Part shown: piece after piece, positions 58,049 to 64,000 of the stretch
Layout of the letters: every line of letters begins with the position of its first letter
Position numbering within the stretch: the stretch's first letter is position 1
Assembly: GCA_964016885.1 (NCBI GenBank)
Contig: OZ024759.1
Location: forward strand, 18,724,001 to 18,788,000
Length of the DNA stretch: 64,000 bases
Origin: Eledone cirrhosa
Taxonomy: Eukaryota
Direction of reading: 5' to 3'
The notes under the pieces: generated by a model
Told to the model about the DNA's origin: nothing
Database searches by the model: none
What the model saw: only the letters and a program-made list of their open reading frames with translations
Program-made: the position numbers and the translations under genes

Positions 58049-58956
58049 GGTGGATTGGCAGTATTGGTAGAGTGACGGATGCCATGCTTTGGCGCATAGT
58101 GTTACGGCCCTTGCCATTCTGAGTTCAAATCCCGCCGAGGTTAACTTTGCCTTTCATCCTTACGGGGTCGATAAAATAAAGTACCAGTAATACACTGGGT
58201 ATTTGCTGGCCTTGTGCCTAACGTAGAAACAATTATTATTATTATTATTATTATTATTTATCCTCTGTCGTCTGGTATTTTGTCTTTTATTCAAAGCGAG
58301 GTCGATAAAATAAAGTACCAGTAATACACTGGGTAATTGCTGGCCTTGTGCCTAACGTAGAAACAATTATTATTATTATTATTATTATTTATCCTCTGTC
58401 GTCTGGTATTTTGTCTTTTATTCAAAGCGGGGTCGATAAAATAAAGTACCAGTAATACACTGGGTATTTGCTGGCCTTGTGCCTAACGTAGAAACAATTA
58501 TTAATTTTTAATATTATTATTTATCCTCTGTCGTCTGGTATTTTGTCTTTTATTCAAAGCGGGGTCGATAAAATAAAGTACCAGTAATACACTGGGTAAT
58601 TGCTGGCCTTGTGCCTAACGTAGAAACAATTATTAATTTTTAATATTATTATTTATCCTCTGTCGTCTGGTATTTTGTCTTTTATTCAAAGCGGGGTCGA
58701 TAAAATAAAGTACCAGTAATACACTGGGTAATTGCTGGCCTTGTGCCTAACGTAGAAACAATTATTAATTTTTAATATTATTATTTATCCTCTGTCGTCT
58801 GGTATTTTGTCTTTTATTCAAAGCGGGGTCGATAAAATAAAGTACCAGTAATACACTGGGTAATTGCTGGCCTTGTGCCTAACGTAGAAACAATTATTAA
58901 TTTTTAATATTATTATTTATCCTCTGTCGTCTGGTATTTTGTCTTTTATTCAAAGC
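58049..58956 (+). repeat. Family A SINE whose 3' half plus ~40 bp of flank is tandemly amplified 6 times (~132-bp unit)
   Basis: ggggtcgataaaataaagtacc at 58164, 58298, 58429, 58561, 58693, 58825. Confidence 0.92.
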
Positions 58957-59279
58957 AAGCCTAGTGGTCATATAACAGCTTTTCGCCTTAACAAACACTT
59001 TTTTGCTATTTCATTGAATTCAGTAAAGTCTTAGAGCTGCATGGAGCGGCTAGTTGGTTACAGAGAGAGCAGACAAGACTGCTCCGCCATACTTTAATCT
59101 GCTTCTTTATATTCGGAGATCGTTGGGACAGTACTGTAACTCTGTGTCACCAAAAATAACATCTGATCGCTTCATTCTTGTTTTCAGGTGATTGAGCTTC
59201 TTCCACTGATCCCACAGTGTTTCTGAACCAAACAGTGGATAGTTGGATTACAGAGAGAGAAGACAAAGCAGTCCTCCCC

Positions 59280-59433
59280 GAAGAAGAAGAAGAAGAAGAA
59301 GAAGAAGAAGAAGAAGAAGAAGAAGAAGAAGAAGAAGAAGAAGAAGAAGAAGAAGAAGAAGAAGAAGAAGAAGAAGAAGAAGAAGAAGAAGACGACGACG
59401 ACGAAGAAGAAGAAGAAGAAGAAGAAGAAGAAG
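59280..59433. repeat. (GAA)n microsatellite with a GAC interruption
   Basis: Direct reading. Confidence 0.97.
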
Positions 59434-59643
59434 AATATCGTTGGGATCCGTAAGGATTGAAAAACCCCAAGACAACACAGTATGTCACTCTGACACATCT
59501 AAGACCCCATAAGAAGCTAGAGGTCAATATTAAAAGTATAATATTGACCTCTAGCTTCTTATGGGGTCTTAGATCTGTCAGAGTGACATACTGTGTTGTC
59601 TTGGGGTTTTTCAATCCTTACGGATCCCAACGATATTCTTCTT
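59428..59643. repeat. ~105-bp-arm palindrome (1 mismatch, 6-nt loop) whose arms end in TTC repeats
   Basis: gaatatcgttgggatccg...caatatta-aaagta-taatattg...cggatcccaacgatattc. Confidence 0.9.
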
Positions 59644-59664
59644 ATAGATAAATATAAATAATGA

Positions 59665-60168
59665 TTTCTATTATAGGCACAAGGCCAGTAATTATCCCAG
59701 TGTATTACTGGTATTTTAAATGGTTTCTACTATAGGCACAAGGCCAGTAATTTGGTGGGAGGGGAAAGTCGACTAAATCGACACCAGTACATTACTGGTA
59801 CTTTTGTTTTATCGACCCCGTAAGGATGAAAGGCAAAGTTAACCTCGGCAGGATTGGAACTCAGACCATAAAGGGACGTAATTCTATGCTGCAAAGCATG
59901 GCGTCCGACCCTCTACCGATACTGCCAAATAATGTTTAGCGACATAAAAAAAAATGTTTTTTTATATAGGCACAAGGCCAGCAATTTTTTTTGGGGGGAG
60001 GGGAAAGTCGATTAAATCGACTCCAGTGCGTGATTGGTACTTTATTTTATCGCCCCAATAAGGATGAAAGGCAAAGTTAACCTCGGCGGGAATTGAACTC
60101 AGACCGTAAAGGGATGTAACTCTATTCTGCAAAGCATGGTATCCGACTCTCAACCGATACTGCCAAAT
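59665..60168 (-). mobile_element. Family A SINE cluster
   Basis: Two near full-length reverse copies and a fragment. Confidence 0.85.
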
Positions 60169-60593
60169 TATGTACAGCGACATCAAAATACGAGCACGGA
60201 ACATTCAAGTAACAAGAAAGCAGACTATATATGCCGGCACATTTCAAACTGAAAATACTAATTTATAAACGGCTTAGTATATAGCAAATAAATCTGTATT
60301 AAAACATGAATAGTTAATATTTCCTGTATCAAAACCAGCAGGTTATGAGTTTCAGAACGAGGGGGTAATTCCGCAGAAATGTATATTCAATGTAACAAAT
60401 TAGAGTAAATTACTAATATTTTGGTTGAACACCCTGAAGTACATGGAAATATGTATTTCAATTTCCAGGAAACATGTTCGTATTAGGATCTTTAGCAACA
60501 TTCGATTAACATCTTCAGAGCAAGGAAATAAATTTTGTCCGGAAATTAAAATCAATTGAGTAATTATGGATACATGTTGGTGAACAATTGTGT

Positions 60594-60667
<74 letters not shown>

Positions 60668-60753
60668 AGAAAAGTCAGGATCCCGACGGCTGAGCTCCGA
60701 CCCTTTCGACAGCTATATCCGTATATATCTTTATCTATATACATACATATACT

Positions 60754-61155
60754 TATATATACGATATTAAATAAATGGAAACTATATTTATAAAACCATA
60801 TTTATTTCATTATATATATTTCAGGGATATCATATTAAAAATATGGTATGCCTTCTTCAGACAAAATACAATATAAACAGTCTTATAAATAGATAGATTT
60901 GACATACCTTTCAACCTGTCAAATCTATCTATTTATAAGACTGTTTATATTGTATTTTGTCTGAAGAAGGCATACCATATTTTTAATATGATATCCCTGA
61001 AATATATATAATGAAATAAATATGGTTTTATAAATATAGTTTCCATTTATTTAATATCGTATATATACTCCAAATACTTGTTGAGTGCTTTTATATCAGT
61101 TATAAATATTTACTCGTTGTAACCCAACAATTTAAATAAAACTTTGCATATACTT
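60754..61155. mobile_element. Inverted dimer with hammerheads at 60803-60868 (-) and 60953-61018 (+)
   Basis: tattttgt-CTGAAGA-agg..catatt/aatatg..cct-GAAA-tatata-TA^atgaaata; palindrome 60754-61047. Confidence 0.85.
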
Positions 61156-61174
61156 ATATATATATATCTCTCTT

Positions 61175-61521
<347 letters not shown>

Positions 61522-61574
61522 AGGGATAAACACCGATACAAGTATACATGTGTTCGCATTGCAAATGACCAAGT

Positions 61575-61693
61575 TAGCTAGATTGAAAAATACTAATCAA
61601 AATAATACGGTTTGCCTGTCTCGATTTAAATCTTTATTTTAAATCGAGACAGGCAAACCGTATTATTTTAATTAGTATTTTTCAATCTAGCTA
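61575..61693. repeat. ~55-bp-arm palindrome
   Basis: tagctagattgaaaaatactaat..ctcgatttaaa / tttaaatcgag..attagtatttttcaatctagcta. Confidence 0.85.
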
Positions 61694-62589
61694 TTTAATT
61701 GTAAAAGTTTATTTGAGTTTATAACTCTATATATAATATATATATAAAAATATAAAGAGAGAGAGAAGGAGAGAGAGTGGGGGGTAGATAGATAGGCATG
61801 TATTTTTGGATGTGAAAAAAGAGGGTTATGCACCCTGCTGAATCAGGCGCGCCACCTCACGGGATTGGAGGGCTACTGGGAATGGCTGATTGTAGATTGG
61901 TGTGTGTTGTGTGTTGTGTGCGTCTGGCGTGGGAAGGTAGAGTTAGATGTGGCTGTGGATCAGGAATTGCATGTATGTTTAGATTTTGTTGCTGGAATAT
62001 GTGGCTGCTGGAGAGCAAGCGAATGGTTTTCAAATGATCGTGACTTGAGTAGGCAATGGGGAGACTTCAAAAAAGAAGACTGTACGCCGGTAAATTAACT
62101 CTAGATGAAGATGTGGATGTAGTGGGGAAGACGTTACATTGTCGGCTCCGAACGACTTAAGATATGATTAGTTGTATATAGGACTCCTTCCGTTACATAC
62201 AAAAGAATGATCGAAAACAACAGATTTAAGTATCACCTAAGAAATCCATTTTGACACACGATAACTCTTATTATAACCATCATATACAATTAAATACAGC
62301 TGAGAGTGACATAACATGTTAATATTAAATTATAATCTAGCTTTGACCAAATCTAATGGGAGAAAATAACTAATTTATTGGAATTTTTGTACACATGTAA
62401 GATCTGTCTTTTATTCATACATTGTTACAGCTCTGATAGGAAAACACTTATGACCTTGGATATGCCTTAAAACATTAGTCGCAGGTGTTTTCTAAAAGAA
62501 ATCCAGTAGCGGCTGGAAAATATTTTAATGCATAATAAATATTATGTTATTCTTATATTATGCCATAAACCGCGTCTCTGATTGTATTT

Positions 62590-63090
62590 TCATTATCTTT
62601 ATCCTTACGGGGTCGATTTAATTGTCTTTCCTCTTCCCCAAAATTGTTGACCTTTCTGGCTAACTCAGAAACTAATTTAAAATGGTTATAGTTGCGTCCA
62701 TTTAAATTCTGTGTCCAAATCCCGCCGAGGTTAGTTTTGCCTTTCATCTTTACGAGGTTGATAAAATAAAGTACCAGCATCACACTGGGGTAGAATTAAT
62801 TGACTTTCCTTTCCTTTAAAATTGCTGACCTTCTGCCTAAATCAAAGACCATTTAAAAACCAGGGTATAGTTGCGTCCTTTTCTCTTCTGAGTTCAAATC
62901 TTGCAGAGGTTAGTTTTGCCTTTCATCCTTACGAGGTCGATAAAATAAAGTACCAGTATCGCACTGAGGTAGATTGAATCGACTTTCCCTTCATCCAAAA
63001 TTGTTGACTTTGTGTCTAGATCAGAAACCATTTCATAAAAGGGATGGTGGATTGGTAGTATCGGTAGAGCGTCTGCCATCACGCTTTGAA
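62590..63090 (+). mobile_element. Tandem diverged family A SINE fragments
   Basis: Three core motifs about 180 bp apart. Confidence 0.7.
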
Positions 63091-63772
63091 ACACGGTGTT
63101 GATAGTATGAGATACCGGAAAGGAAATAGTTAAGAAATAAATAGGAAGATTGTTTCTGTCACTTGCATAACTGTCTCAGTGGGTTTGAGTTTGTCACACT
63201 TGATTTCAAAAATAATCAGCTTATAATTAATTCTCCTTGAAGTATAAGATAGTAAGAGGGAGACTTCTTGTAAGGAAAGATGTGTAATTGTGTTGCCTTG
63301 ATTAAGCAACATAATCCAGATGGGTGCAGGGTCGATAATAGCAGAGAGAGCCTAGACTTAGAGAGGAGAATGAATTGTAGTGTGTTTGGAGTGTGAGAGT
63401 GACCAAAAAAGGATATTGACATGATTATCGGACACTAATTGATGCAGAGAACTCGGAATAACGAAGATATAACAACAGCGTCTGTGTTGTAGGAATACAT
63501 GACAGAGGAAAAGCTTTTTACATTGGAATCACTGATAGATTGTAAAGAATAGAGAATTGAGATAGCAATCTTCAATAAGAAACGTGTGACAATAAAATAA
63601 CCGATGCTGAATGAGAAGAGATTACTTGACTGTACAGACAGCTGTTAAGGCAACGAATTGGCAGAGTCTTTATAACGTCGATATTTGTTCTGGTTGTCTG
63701 CGCTCTCTGAGCTCAAATTCCACCGAGGTCAACTTTAACTCGTACTTACATACGTACGTACATACATATATG

Positions 63773-63940
63773 CCTGTGATTATTGGGACACTGGGGTATG
63801 TTAGTAACAGCCTCAATACAAATCTTGAGAAGCTAGGCTTCACAGGAACAGAAAGAACACAACTAGTTAGGAAATTACAAGTACAATCCATTAATGGGAC
63901 AGTAAAAATATGTAAAACATTCCAAAAATGTTGCATCTAA
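63773..63940 (+). pseudogene. R4/Dong-like non-LTR retrotransposon C-terminal end
   Basis: PVIIGTLGYVSNSLNTNLEKLGF..KLQVQSINGTVKICKTF resembles the PxxxGALG..L..LG..LQ..GT.KI end of restriction-like-endonuclease LINEs; preceded by TACA repeats. Confidence 0.65.
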
Positions 63941-64000
63941 TAACTGCATATACACATGTACAGATACAAAGCATATACACATGCACACATACAACTCAAA

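Noticed and set aside
59147-59614. Poly-Ser/Glu/Arg ORFs
   Set aside because: Translations of the (GAA)n tract and the adjacent palindrome.

Overview
AT-rich, repeat-saturated eukaryotic DNA with no intact protein-coding gene that I can support. The (TA)n/(CA)n/(GATA)n density and the tRNA-derived SINE types suggest an octopus or other coleoid genome (inference, no search run). Almost all ORFs in the track are microsatellite artefacts. Ordinary content: dozens of tRNA-derived SINEs, 3' fragments of Tx1-, CRE- and R4/Dong-like non-LTR retrotransposons, a piggyBac-like MITE, several minisatellites and possibly eroded Toll-like-receptor relics. The striking content is a hammerhead-ribozyme (HHR) system tied to (TA)n tracts. 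(1) 18483-22948 is a ~4.5 kb array of a virtually invariant 310-bp monomer. Each complete unit carries a Type I HHR (gtagtc-CTGATGA-attct/agaat-GAAA-cgcg-TA^gattac plus a 16-bp stem I extension), so it looks like a non-LTR retrozyme. The array inverts in the middle (6 HHRs on -, 8 on +) through a slipped 7-bp junction, as expected if both ends of a break in (TA)n primed rolling-circle reverse transcription. (2) At least six other small element families sit in (TA)n tracts, most as outward-facing inverted dimers with complete, partial or decayed HHRs, and two relatives show compensatory stem changes. (3) A Penelope-like RT remnant fused to a tRNA-like cloverleaf points to the likely mobilising enzyme class. 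All coordinates were read by eye, so ends are approximate to a few bases.
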